A stretch of 64,000 nucleotides of DNA from Octopus sinensis (Eukaryota), in assembly GCF_006345805.1 (NCBI RefSeq), contig NC_043020.1:6634001-6698000 (forward strand), read 5' to 3'. Shown here one piece after another: positions 1 to 12,544 of the stretch. The position numbers were made by a program, and so were the translations under genes. The stretch's first letter is position 1. Each line of letters starts with the position of its first letter. The notes beneath the pieces are model-generated. The model was not told the origin of the DNA. It made no database searches and was given only the letters and a program-made list of their open reading frames with translations.

Positions 1-135
1 AAAACAAGATGAAGACAGGTGGTGTAGACAACAAACAGATGTATTAGTTTAACGCTCGGGAAGTGAAAAAGTCTTTAACGTTTCGAGCCTTTGCTCTTGC
101 ACAGAAAGGAACACAGAAAGAAACAGGGAGAGAAA
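1..135 (-). mobile_element. Family F interspersed repeat (Penelope-like terminal fragment) with degenerate hammerhead-like motif
   Basis: Same sequence (gaagacaggtggtgta...acgtttcgagcct..gctctt..cagaaagg) recurs at 39335-39470 and, inverted, at 46590-46710. The Penelope assignment is inferred from the gaaacgt/hammerhead-like motif. Confidence 0.5.
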
Positions 136-204
136 ATAAAGAATGGTTTGGTTGGCTTGAGGCTATAGAAGACACTTGCTATATAGACTCTCTCTGTCTC
201 TGTA

Positions 205-241
<37 letters not shown>

Positions 242-363
242 TGTCAGTAAATCATAAATCTGAAAGAGAAGAACACTAAGTTATAGAACAAGAGTATTTA
301 GAGAAAGATGGTTATGGCTGGTTGAAGTGGTTACCTAGGATTCTGTGTATATATATACACACA

Positions 364-519
364 CACACACACACGGGCTTCTTTCAGTTTCTGTCTACCA
401 AGTCCACTCATGAGGCTTTGGTTGGCCTAAGGCTACAATACAAGACACTTGCCCAAGGTGCCACACAGTGGGACTGAACCTGGAATCACATGGTTGTGAA
501 GCAAACTTCTTACCACACA

Positions 520-558
<39 letters not shown>

Positions 559-750
559 CATACACAAGCACTTCTTTCACTACACACACACACAATGCAC
601 TTCCACGCAGTTTTCCTCTTCCAGATTCACTCACAAGATTTTGGTCAGCCCAGGGTTAAAGAAGACACTTGCCCAAGGTGTCTCAAAGTGGGACTGAACC
701 AGAGACCACATGGTTGAAAGGCAAATATTTTAACCACACAGCCATGCCTC
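364..750 (-). mobile_element. Two 5' halves of family A tRNA-derived SINE separated by (TA)n/(CA)n
   Basis: Reverse complement of the A head (gacacttgcccaaggtg...gggactgaacc...accacacagcc) at ~420-520 and ~660-750. Confidence 0.8.
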
Positions 751-774
751 CTCACCAACAGCAATGAGCCAACA

Positions 775-985
775 AGGAAGTCTCTATGTGGTTACACTGC
801 TTACTAGAAATAGCAGCCAAATCTCCTTCAAACTTCATTGTAGCACCTTAGAAAGAACATTTTGGAGAATGTGGTGCTGAGTACGCTAATACTGAAACAG
901 GACAGGATGGTCATGGTTGGAATATCTTTGACGATAATTCTACTTGATCAGAGCTGACCGAGGGCAATTAACAAAACAACTACGT
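775..985 (+). mobile_element. Family G SINE-like fragment
   Basis: ctagaaatagcagccaaatctcc...ggatggtcatggttggaat...gatcagagctgacc...aacaaaacaac; pieces recur at 3545-3620, 34300-34330 (minus), 47020-47050 and 48225-48280. Confidence 0.55.
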
Positions 986-1019
986 AATAAGTTTAATATG
1001 GGAGCAGTCAATATTTTGA

Positions 1020-1725
1020 TGGTCATTTGGTTGGTCAACAACAACATATGTGATGGTTGTGTTGGTACTGGGAATGGCAGCGGTGGGGGTGATGGTGGTG
1101 GCGATAGTGGTGATGGTGATGATGACGGTGATGATGACGGTGATGATGATGGTGGTGGTGATGATGGTGATAATGATGGTGGTGGTGATGATGATAGTGA
1201 TGATGACGGTGATGATGATGGTGGTGGTGATGATGATAGTGATGATGGTGGTGGTGATGATGGTGATGATGATGATGACGGTGATGATGATGATGATGAT
1301 GATGGTGGTGATGATGGTGGTGTGATGGTGGTGATGATAGTGATGATGGTGGTGGTGATGATGGTAATGATGGTGGTGGTGGTGATGATGATAATGGTGG
1401 TGATGATGATGGTGATGATGATGGTGGCGGTGATGATGATGATGGTGGTGGGGTGGTGGTGATGATGATGATGGTGGTGGTGGTGATAATGGCGATAGTG
1501 ATGGTGATAATGGTGGTGGTGGTTGTGATGGTGATGATGGTGGTGATGATAATGGTGGTGATGATGATGATGATGATAATGGTGATGATGATGGTGGTGA
1601 TAATGGCGATAGTGATGGTGATGATGATAATGGATCGTTGCAGTGATGGTAGTGGTGGTGGTGATAGTGATAATGAAGATGATGGACCATTGCAGTGTTG
1701 CTGATGAGGATGATGCTGCTGCTGC
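1020..1725. repeat. (GAT/GGT)n trinucleotide tract
   Basis: Direct inspection; explains ORFs 940-1740, 944-1462 and neighbours. Confidence 0.95.
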
Positions 1726-1859
1726 TGCTGTGGCAGCCATTTATCCCCCCCTAAAAAGCTTCTCCATCATGAAACAAATCATTTCCACTTCCCTGCTTCT
1801 TTCTCTCCCAACACATCTTCTTCCACCGACAAAACAATGGACTCACAACAGCTCCTCAT

Positions 1860-2530
1860 ATATGCTGTGTGTGCGTGCGTGCATTTGTATGTGCATGTGT
1901 GTGTGTGTGTGTGTGAGTATGCCTGTATTTGTGTATGCTTGTACATGTGTGTGTGTTGTGTGTGCTGTGTATGTATTTGTGTCTATACATGTGTATGTAT
2001 ATATGTGTTTATGTGGGTATATGCCTGTATTTGTGTGTGCATGCTTGTGTGTGTCCCTATGTGTGTGTGTATGTCTATGTGTGCATGTGTCCATATATGT
2101 ATGTCTGTATATGTGTGTGTGTGTGTGAATGTCTATGTGTGTGTGTATGTCTATATATATGTGTGTGTGTGAATGTGTGTATGTGTGTGAATGTCTGGTG
2201 TGTGTGTGAATGTGTGTATGTGTGTGAATGTCTGTGTGTGTGTGTGTGTGTATGTCTATATATATGTGTGTGTGTGTGAATGTCTGTATATATATATGTG
2301 TGTGTGTGTGAATGTTTATATGTGTGTGTGTATGTGTGTGAATGTCTGTATATATATATGTGTGTGAATGTCTATGTATGTGTGTGTGAATGTCTGTCTG
2401 TGTGTGTGTGAATGTCTGTATATATATATGTTTTGTATGGTTAATTTTGTGTATTTGTGTGTATTTGGAGATATGTGCGAATGCGTGTGGAAACAGCCGT
2501 GTGTGTGTGTGTGTGTGTGTGTGCGTGAGA
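1860..2530. repeat. (TG)n/(TA)n compound microsatellite with gaatgtct subunits
   Basis: Direct inspection. Confidence 0.95.
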
Positions 2531-2699
2531 GAGAGAGAGAGAGGGATGGAGGGAGGGAGAGATCCAAGAAAAACCAAGTTGAATGAATATTCAGCATCCG
2601 TTGAGAGGTGGCGGAGGGGAAGGGTCAGAGTAGCTTTGATAGCAATAACAATAAAAAGCCAACAACAAGCCATCGATGGAGGGGAGTGGTCTGCTGCTC

Positions 2700-3470
2700 G
2701 ACCTGCTAGAAATAACAGCCAAATCTACAAATGACAATGAAACAATGCGGACCTCCAGATGACCACAGATTACTAAACATAACAGCCAAATCTTGATGTA
2801 ACAATGAAGGAAAGGTGCTGTAGCTAGCCGCTTGACTCACTAGAAATGACAGCCGAATATCCTACAAATTACAACGAAGGTGGCTGTGTGGGTGTTCTAG
2901 ATGGCTACTCAACTTGCTAGAAATAACAGCCAAATCTTGATATAACAATGAAGATAGCCACTTGACTTGCTAGAAATAACAACCAAATATCCTACAAATT
3001 ACAATGAAGGTGGCTGTGGGGGAGTTCTAGATGGCTACTCAACTTGCTAGAAATAACAGCCAAATTTTCATATAACAATGAAGTGAGAGTGCTGTAGATA
3101 GCCACTTGACTCGCTAGAAATAACAGCAATATGTCCCACAAATAATGAAGTGGGGGGTAGGTTCTGGATGGCCACTCAACTTGCTAGAAATAACAGCCAA
3201 ATCTCCAAATAACAATGACGTGAAGGGGCTGCAAATTGCCATTTTGACGCACTAGAAATAACAATGAAGGGAAGGGGCTGCAAATGGCCATTTTGACACA
3301 CTAGAAATAACAGCCAAGTCTCCAAATAACAATGAAGGGAAGGGGCTGCAAATGACCATTTTGACGCACTAGAAATAACAGACAAATCTCCAAATAACAA
3401 TGAAGGGAAGGAGCTGCAAATGGCCATTTTGATTCACTAGAAATAACAGCCAAATCTCCAAATAACCCCA
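2700..3470 (+). repeat. Degenerate tandem array (~12 units, ~50-78 bp) of the family G motif ctagaaataacagccaaat
   Basis: Motif recurs near 2708, 2841, 2918, 2969, 3047, 3114, 3185, 3253, 3302, 3371 and 3438. Confidence 0.85.
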
Positions 3471-3822
3471 TGTATTCAAAAAAAAAAAAAAGAAGGAAAG
3501 CCCGTACATAAAGGTAATACACACACATCACCTTCCCTAAAATCGATAGGATGGTCACAATTGGAATAACGATAGGTCTGCTCGATCAGGATTATCCTGG
3601 GGCTAAACAACAGCAACCTAGGCTGAACGATCAAATTTAATGCGCAACAAGTGCAGCTGGTGTCATGGAGACTGCAGTCTCTGCGCTCTAATGCACACAA
3701 CTACTGCGACAAGTCAACTGATTAACCTCAAAACCTCCATGTTGCTCTAACGAGAGAGCAGACAGGCATTCGGTTGATCTGCTAGAAATAACAGTTAAAT
3801 TTCCCCTCAAAACAGTGCATAT

Positions 3823-4230
3823 CTCTTTACTCTTTTACTTGTTTCAGTCATTTGACTGCGGCCATGCTGGAGCACCGCCTTTAATCGAGCAACTCGACCC
3901 CGGGACTTATTCTTTTGTAAGCCCAGTACTTATTCTATCGGTCTCTTTTGCCAAACCGCTAAGTAACGGGGACATAAACACACCAGCATCGGTTGTCAAG
4001 CAATGCTAGGGGGACAAACATAGACACACAAACATACACGCACACACACATATATATACATATATACGACGGGCTTCTTTCAGTTTCCACCTACCAAATC
4101 CACTCACAAGGCATTGGTCGGCCCGGGGCTATAGTAGAAGACACTTGCCCAAGGTGTCACGCAGTGGGACTGAACCCGGAACCATGTGGTTGGTTAGCAA
4201 GCTACTTACCACACAGCCACTCCTGCGCCT
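3823..4230 (-). mobile_element. Family A tRNA-derived SINE, full length, young
   Basis: Minus-strand head gcaggagtggctgtgtggtaag (A box) ...ggttcagtccc (B box), then accttgggcaagtgtc, internal (TA)/(TG) tract and (aagagta)n tail; near-identical to 24032-24430 and 33787-34176. Confidence 0.9.
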
Positions 4231-4429
4231 ATTGTTTTTATATTTTAAAAATTTATTAAGGCACAGATGAGGTTGTATGGGGTAAGAAGTTTGTTTCTCA
4301 ACCACTTGGGTTCTGGGTTCAGTTCCACTAAGTGGCACCATGGGCAAGTGGCTTTTTACTACAGCTTTGGGCTGACCAAGACTTTGGTAGATGGAAACTG
4401 ATAGAAGCCTACCATGTGGGTGTGTGTGT

Positions 4430-4990
4430 ATCATCATCATCATCATCATCGTCGTTGTTTAATGTCCGCTTTCCATGCTGGCATGGGTTGGACGGTTTGA
4501 CTGAGGGCGGCGAGCTGGCAGAGACGTTAGCGCACCAGGCGAAATGATTAGCGGTATTTCGTCTGCCGCTATGTTCTGAGTTCACATTCCGCTGAGGTCG
4601 ACTCTGCCTTTCATCCTTTCGGGGTCGATTAAATAAGCACCAGTTACGCACTGGGGTCAATGTAATCGACTTAATTCGTTTGTCTCTCCTTGTTTGTCCC
4701 CTCTGTGTTTAGCCCCTTGTGGGTAGTAAAGAAATAGGTTTGACTGAGGGCTGGTGAACCAGAAGGCTGCACTAGGCTCAATATGGTCTGGCAAAGTTTC
4801 TGCAGCTGGATGCCCTTCCTAACGCCAGCCACTGAGTATAGTGGGTGCTTCTACGTGCCACCGGCACTCGAGCCAGTCAAGTGGTTCTGGCAACAACCAC
4901 ACTCAAAAGGTATTTTTTATGTGCTACCTGCACAGGAGCCAGTCCAGTGGCACTGGCAACAACCATGCTCAAATGTTGATTTTTATGTGC
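4430..4990 (-). mobile_element. Family C: RTE LINE 3'UTR fragment, interrupted by a family B SINE
   Basis: (cat)n tail plus ccatgctggcatgggttggacgg...ggatgcccttcctaacgcc; the same sequence follows an RTE ORF2 end at 30285-30722. Confidence 0.85.
4509..4736 (+). mobile_element. Family B tRNA-derived SINE with 15-bp TSD
   Basis: ggtttgactgagggc at 4494-4508 and 4737-4751; A-box-like tggcaga, B-box-like gagttcacattcc, core gcctttcatcctttcggggtcgat. Confidence 0.92.
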
Positions 4991-5567
4991 CAGTAAGGAA
5001 ACGTATGTGTGTGTGTCTCCATTCCACCACTTGACAACTGGTGTTTGTTTATTTACATCCCTGTAATTTAGCAGTTTGGCCAAAAGTGACCGACAGAATA
5101 AGCACCATGCTTTAAAAAAAAAAAGTACAAGGATGGATTCATTTGATGAAAAATATTCAAGGCGGTGCCCCAGCATGGCCAGTCTGACTGAAACAAGCAA
5201 AAAATTGAAGGACGACTGTGCAAAGGTGGCACATGTGCAACTGTGGCTGTGAGGATAAGAAGCTTGCTTCCCAACCACATAGCTTCAAGATCATGACCAT
5301 CACCTTTGAAAGTAGTTGAACAGCCAATCCCCACCAGTTGGGATTCACAGTGTGGGTTCCATTGTGTTAGCAGTGCTATAACATCACCTGTTAAAGGTTA
5401 GCTTGATAGATTTTTTATAGAAATTTATAGTCACCACTGATTTTTGTTGTTTTGCATCTGAGACAAAATCAGTGGTGGTTAATAATTTCTTCAGAAAGTC
5501 TCTGGAGATAATCTTAGCAAATCCTTCGCAACAATTATGCGATGTGAAGACAAGGAGTAACAAACAG

Positions 5568-5635
<68 letters not shown>

Positions 5636-6074
5636 AATACACTGGTCTAGAGTAGCAGACACTTACCCAAGGTGCCATACAGTGAGACTGAACCTGGTAC
5701 CATCTGTGTCTCATATCGTCATTACCATCCAGTGTTTTAAATCGGGGTTTTTCCCCGTGTATGTGTGTGTATGTGTGTGTGGATGTGCCTGCATGTCCCC
5801 GGATCTACCTCAATGCCATAGCAACTGAGGTAGGCAGGTGCAGCCCACCCCAACCTTTGGGCTGGCTGGTGCTCATTCTCCTTTGCTACCATGAGGCTTT
5901 TTTTGGAGCTGGATTTTCTATGGGGAGCATGCCCCTAACTTCAGTTTCTAGACATGAGTGGGCCCAAGGCCAAGGTCTCTACCATGATTTTAAAAAGTGT
6001 GATGGAAAACTAGCTCAGGAAGACAAAGATGGATGCTACTCCCTGACCCCTTTCGAAGCTCCCCATCATATATG

Positions 6075-6425
6075 CATGTGGCTGTGGTAAGTAGTTTGCT
6101 TCCCAACCACATTGTTCTGGGTTCAGTCCCACTGCGTGGCACCTTGGCTAAATTTCTTTTACTATAACTGTGGGCCAACCAAAGCCTTCTGAGTGGATCT
6201 GGTAGACAGTAACTGTTGTGTGTGTGTCCCACCACTGGTTGACAACCGGTGTTGGTGTGGTTACACCCCCATTGCTTAGAAGTTTGGCAAAAAAGACAGA
6301 CAGAATAAATGTCAGGCTTAGAAATAAAAAAAAAGTCCTGGGGGTTGATTCATTCAGCAAAAATTCAAAGCGGTGCCCCCCCCCCCCGCATGTCCACATT
6401 CTAATGACTAAAATGTGTGAAAGAG
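6075..6425 (+). mobile_element. Family A SINE, diverged
   Basis: gtggctgtggtaagtag...ggttcagtcccactgcgtggcaccttgg...aaagcggtgcccc...gactaaaatgt. Confidence 0.8.
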
Positions 6426-6429
6426 TGAG

Positions 6430-6605
6430 TGAAGAGACAGACAGAAAACTAATCAGATAGACAAGATAGATAGAGAGACAAGATAGATAGATAGACAGAC
6501 AGGTAGATAGACAGATAGATAGACAAATAGATAGATAGATAAAGATAGATAGATAACTAGATAGATAGATAGATAGATAGAGAAACAGATAGATCAATAG
6601 ATAGA

Positions 6606-6641
<36 letters not shown>

Positions 6642-6735
6642 TAAATAGATATATAGATAAATAAATAGATAGATAGATAGACCGACAGATAGATAGACAG
6701 ACAGATAGATAAATAGATAGAATGATAGATAGCAT
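6430..6735. repeat. (GATA/GACA)n microsatellite
   Basis: Direct inspection. Confidence 0.95.
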
Positions 6736-7259
6736 AATTAGTTAGCTCATGGCACCTTAAGTCCTAAGGAGAAGATGAATGGAAGAAAGCTATTTCCACC
6801 TGTCCCCTCTCAATTACAGACCAAAGGAAAAACGGAGAGAGAGAGAGAGAGAGAGAAAGAGGGAATGTGTGTGTGTGGGTGGGAGTAAAAAGCACACGGG
6901 TGGTAGTGGTGGGGTAGGGGATTCTGCACCTACTAACCTCCACCACACACCCACACGCACTAGAAACACCTCTGTCAATTTCACCAAGAATTTCTAGCAA
7001 CAATGTTATGTCGAGGGAGGCGTGTGTGTGCGTGTGTGTGTGGAGGCAATGTGTCATGTGTACTCGGTGGTTGGTGTCATCAAAGTTCCTAACTATAGGA
7101 TGGGTGTGTGTGTGTAGAGTGCGTGTGTGTGTGTGTGTGTATGGGTTGTGGAGGGGAGGAGGAAGGGGAGTGAGGTAATGTTTTCTGGAGGAAGTCACAA
7201 GTCGCACTGTAAAGTTTTCTTGCCTACATGTGTGTGGTTACGTATAAGAACGTACAGGA

Positions 7260-7292
<33 letters not shown>

Positions 7293-8249
7293 GTGTGTGA
7301 ATGAGCCTGCATGTGTGTGTGGGTGTGCCTGCATGTGTGTGTGAGATGATGTGCCTGCATGTGTGTGTGAGAGGATATGCCTACATGTGTGTGTGCATGC
7401 GCCTGCAAGCGTGTGTGTGTGTGTGTGTGCAGATGTGCCTACATGTGTGTGTGTGTGTGGATGTGCCTGCATGTGTGTGTGCCTACATGTATGCGCATGC
7501 ACGTGTGTGTGAGTGTGTGGATGTGCGTACGGATGTATGTGTGTGTGTGAGTATGTGTGCGTGTGCGCAGGTCCATCTTTTGTTTCATTCATTTGACTGT
7601 GGCCATGCTACGACACCGCCATGAAGAAATTTAGTGCAAACGAATCAACGACCCTAGTAATTGTTTGAAGCCTGATACATATTTTATCGGTCTCTTTTGT
7701 CACATCGCTACGTTACAGGGGACGTAAACACACCAACACCGGTTGTCAAGCGGTGGTGGGGGGGACAAACACAGACACACACACCACACATTTGTTTATT
7801 CTATTTGTTTGTCATTTGACTGCGGCCATGCTGGAGCACTGCCTTGACATATACATATGTACATCTTTACACCTTGAGCTTCTTTCAGTTTCCATCTACC
7901 GAATCCACCCCGAGCTTTTTGGTCAGCCTGAGGCCGTCTTAAGGCATTGGGTATGCTGGACAGCTGACCAGGGGTTTCATGGGTCTAGGGTCCGCAATTG
8001 TAATCTATGGATGCTGTGGATTTGCTCTCAATAAATAAATAAATACTAGAGGGACCAAGTGCACTGATTTGCCCAGGGGTCTATAAAAGGGCCAAGATGG
8101 CGATGGTGTGTAGGGGGCGTTTAGTGCAGCATGTGTGTTGTGGGGGGGGTGATAAGTGAAACAGGTGGTATGGTGGTGGTGGTGGTAGTTGTGCAATGGG
8201 GTAAAAATAAGTGGAAGGTTAATTAGCGATTGCTGTTTGGGGTGGTGAG

Positions 8250-8720
8250 TTAGGGCATAGAGAGAGGGAGATGTAGAGGGGGGGGACAGATGTAAAGAGA
8301 GAGAGAGAGAGAGGGAGGGGGGAAAAGATGTAGAGAGAGAGAGGGAGATGTAGAGAGGGTGACAGATGTAAAGAGAGAGAGAGGGGGGAAAGATGTAGAG
8401 AGAGAGAGGGAGATGTAGAGAGGGTGACAGATGTAAAGAGAGAGAGAGGGGGGAAAGATGTAGAGAGAGAGAGGGAGATGTAGAGAGGGTGACAGATGTA
8501 AAGAGAGAGGAGAGAGAGAGGAGGAAAAGATGTAGAGAGAGAGAGAGAGAGAGAGGAGGAAAAGATGTAGAGAAGAGAGAGGGGGGAATATGTAATCAGA
8601 GAGAGGGGGAAAGATGTAAATAGAGGGGGAGATGTAAACAGAGAGAGGGTGGGGGAAGGAGAGAAAGTGAGAAAGGAAAGAAGAGAGACAGAGAGAAAAA
8701 GCGAGAGGGGTAGGAGGAAA
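8250..8720. repeat. GA-rich minisatellite (gatgtagagagagagagggagatgtagagagggtgacagatgtaaagag... units)
   Basis: Direct inspection. Confidence 0.9.
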
Positions 8721-9077
8721 AAACAATGACATCACTGACAACTTGACATTACGGAGGCGTGGGGGGGAGGGGGGGCAATATCAGAAGTTTCATTCAATGG
8801 TTCTATACAACCACAGTCACCTGTCTAATTAACAGTAGTAGTGGTGATGGGGGTGGTGGTGGCTGTTTCAGCCTACCCCCCCTAAACTCCCACACCCTAC
8901 CCAGTAATCCCTGATCCAGGAGACTTATGACAAATGACTTAAAAGGCAATCCTTGCACTGACCATCCCCTAAGCCAGGCCAACGCGAATTATATTGTGGG
9001 CCACTTTAATCACAGGAAGGTTTTTGAGGGCCGTTTGTATACTGACAGAATTGAAAGCATTTTGCTTTCTCATGTTA

Positions 9078-9492
9078 ATATGTGGCCGTTGCCAGCGCCG
9101 CCCTGACTGGCCTCCGTGTCGGTGGCATGTAAAAAGCACCATCCGATCGTGGCTGTTGCCAGCTTCGCCTGGACCCCGTGCCGGTGGCACGTAAAAAGCA
9201 CCATCCGTCCGTGGCCATTTGCCAGCTTCGTCTGGCCCCCGTGCTGGTGACACGTAAAAAGCACCATCTGTCCGTGGCCGTTTGCCAGCCCCGTCTGGCA
9301 CCTGTGTCGGTGGCACGTAAAAAGCACCCATTAAACTCGCGGAGTGGTTGGCGTTAGGAAGGGCATCCAGCCGTAGAAACACTGCCAGGTCAGACTGGGC
9401 CTGGTGCAGCCTTCTGGCTTCCCAGACCCCAGTTGAACCGTCCAACCCATGCTAGCATGGAAAGCGGATGCTAAACGATGATGATGATGAAT
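9078..9492 (+). mobile_element. Family C RTE 3'UTR with ~4 internal ~60-bp tandem units and (tga)n tail
   Basis: Repeated ggtggcacgtaaaaagcaccatc units, then ggttggcgttaggaagggcatccagccgtagaaa...aaacgatgatgatga. Confidence 0.9.
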
Positions 9493-10054
9493 GAAAGATT
9501 GTTAATTCAACAAGGAATATTATCATTGCCATTACTTTTCATTACAATCTTTGATTTTTTATAAAATTTTAAAGAACGTTTGTTTAAATAAACCCATTTC
9601 AAGAAAGTATCAAGCTGGTCTCAAGAAAAAAGTCTGCGGGCCACGGACCTCAGGTTGGTCAGCCCTGCCTTAAGTTAACGGTTCTCAACTACAGCTCCTA
9701 GATCTCCTAGATGTCTATGTGGCCCTCAAGCATCCTTCCGGTGGCATACGATGGTCTTCCCACTATAAAGTTTTCTTTGACTTGTGTTTTTATTTTTTCT
9801 GGTGCAGACCCCTAAAAAAAAAATCCAGGTTTTGGATCTGGCCCAGATATTTAAAAGGTCGAGGGGTCCTACCCTAAGTGCAAACATGGCCATGTGGTTA
9901 AAGCTCGCTTTGCAACCATGTGGTTCTAGGCTCAGTCCCACCACATGGCACCTTGGGCAAGTATCTTCTACTATAGTCCCCAGCTGACAAATGTCATGTG
10001 TAAATTTGGTTGAAGGAAACTGTACAGAAGCCCATCATGTATATATACATACAT

Positions 10055-10412
10055 TTTCTTACTTGTTTCACTCATTTGACTGGCCATGTTGGAGCATTGC
10101 CTTAAAGTGATTTTGTTGAACAATTCGAACCTAAGACATTCTTTGTAAGCCTAGTACTTCTATCAGTCTCTTTTGTCAAACCGCTAAGTTACAGGGATGT
10201 AAACACACCAACACCGGCTGTCAAGCAATGATGAGGGGGACAAACAGACAAAAACACACACATATATATATATAATGGGCTTCTTTCAGTTTCCGTCTAT
10301 CAAATTTACAGGGCTTTGGTCGGACCAAGGCTATAGCATAAGACACTTGCCCAAGGTGCCACATGGTGGGATTGAACCCAGAACCATGTGAATGGGAAGC
10401 AAGCCTCCTAAC
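10055..10412 (-). mobile_element. Family A SINE, flanked by plus-strand A fragments (9880-10050 head, 10415-10560 tail)
   Basis: Recognisable A head and tail motifs in both orientations. Confidence 0.8.
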
Positions 10413-11608
10413 CACTAATGTGTATATCTTTGTCCTCCATCATTTGACAACCGGTGTTGGTTTGGTCACATCTCAGAAACTGTTTTAGCAAACGCAAGCT
10501 AGATAAGTATCAGATTGACAAAACAAGGCAGTACTCCAGCATGGCCACATTCTAATGACAAACAACAAATCTAAGACCTTGGTAACCAAATACATCCTAT
10601 CTTTTTATGTGAAAAGCAAGCAGTGTGTGTTTAGGGATGGAGATTTGGTTGCTATTTCTAGCACGTTCAGCAACCACATTCTTTATTGTTGGAGTAGAGT
10701 GGTTGTGGTGGTCACAGATATCTGTGTATCAGATTGACCGATTGACCAACACACCCACGAAGACACGCAAGCACACACACACACATACTCAGACACACAC
10801 AAACACTTATAAACGCCCACGTATACACACACACACATACGAACACACATACATAGACACACATACACCAGCTCACACACACACATACACACACTCGTTT
10901 GTTCATTCTTGGCTGTTCGTTTATTCGCTTATTCCGCTAATTACAGTCACACAAGTTTGATTTCCAAGCGAAACGAAGAATAACTTTCAAAAGAACTGGG
11001 AATAATAATTAGCAGAATGCTTAATTAGTATGATTAATTGATAAAGCAATACAAAACACGGTCCAATCATTATTTTATATTTTGTCATTTTTTTCCCCCC
11101 GTTTTTTTTTTCTTTATTCGGAAGCTGGCGTAGTTATATCACCACTGTCTGTCCGCTTGTCCCCCACCACTTCTCTTCTGCTTTGTCCCCCACACAGACC
11201 AGTAATGGTTCGTTCAATAGTGCCATTAGACAAAATACAAGGTCGACGAGGCCAAACAGTGCCATTTCAAAGTGGTGTCAGAGATTCTTTTTGCTTTTTT
11301 TAAGACTACAATATGTGTTGGTGGTAGTAGCAGTGACTGTGATTGCAATGGAAGAAGGTGGTGGTGGTGGTGGAAATGGTAGCAGTGGCGATAATGATAC
11401 TGGTGGTGGTGGTGGTAATGGCTGTAAAGGCAGTAGTGGACACTGAGGCGATGGCGGTGGCAAAAGTTGTGAAGGTTGGTAGCGGATGTTGGTGATAGTG
11501 GTGATGATTGTAAAGGTGGTAGTGGACGTTGTGGTGGTAGTGGTGATGGACATTAAGGTAGTTGTTGTATGGTGGTAGTTGCAGTGGTGGTGGCAATAGC
11601 GGTTGTTA

Positions 11609-11988
11609 AGGCGGCGAGCTGGTAGAATCGTTAGCACGCCGGGTGAAATGCTTAGCGGTATTTCGTCTTCCGCTACGTTCCGAGTTCAAATTCCGCTGAG
11701 GTCGACTTTGCCTTTCATTCTTTCGGGGTCGATTAAATAAGTACCAGTTACGCACTGGGGTCGATATAATCGACTTAATCCATTTGTCTGTCCTTGTTTG
11801 TCCCTTCTGTGTTTAGCCCCTTGTGGGTAGTAAAGAAATAGGTATTACGTCTGCCGCTATGTTTTGTGTTCAAATTCCGCTGAGGTCAATTAAATAAGTA
11901 CCAGTTACGCACTGGGGTCGATATAATCGACTCAATCCCTTTGTTTGTCCCTTCTGCGTTTAGCCCCTTGTGGGTAATGAAGAAATAA
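11609..11988 (+). mobile_element. Family B SINE plus tandem internally deleted second copy
   Basis: Full B at 11609-11842, then ggtattacgtctgccgc...gggtaatgaagaaata. Confidence 0.9.
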
Positions 11989-12544
11989 GAAGTTGTGAAG
12001 GTTGGTAGTGGACGTTGGTGATAGTGGTGATGATTGTGAAGGTGGTAGCGGTGATGGACATTAAGGTAGTAGTGGTGGCAGTTGCAGCGGTGGTGGCAAT
12101 AGCGGTTGTCCCCAGGTCAATTCTAACCAGACAAGACTTACAAAGATCAAAGTGTTTTTGCTTTTTAGTTGTCGTTGCCATTCTGATTTCCATTCAGACA
12201 CTGAATAATATATGAAGGTGCGTAGCACAGTGTTAGGCTATTGGATTATGACCACAAGATTACAAGTTCAATCTCTGGACTGGGCAGCATGCTGTGTCCT
12301 TGAGCAAAGTACTTTTTTTCTTTGCATTGCGCCAGCCTGCTTAGCGGAAAGTGGGTTTCAGCCAAGACCTGGGGCAGTTCTCTTTTCCTTCAGCTTTCAC
12401 AGCTTGGATAATCTACTTGGGCAAAGGTCAGCCTATATTTGCTAACATTAATGTCCATGGGAATGGTCAAATTGATGCAGATGCCTCTGATGGGAATCCA
12501 ATAAAAGTCAAGAATTGATTAAGGTTGTTCATCATTTTTATTAT

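Noticed and set aside
940-1740. Long His/Ser/Pro/Asp-Gly-rich ORFs (also 13953-14651)
   Set aside because: Translations of (GAT/GGT)n tracts, open in several frames on both strands, with no splice or homology support
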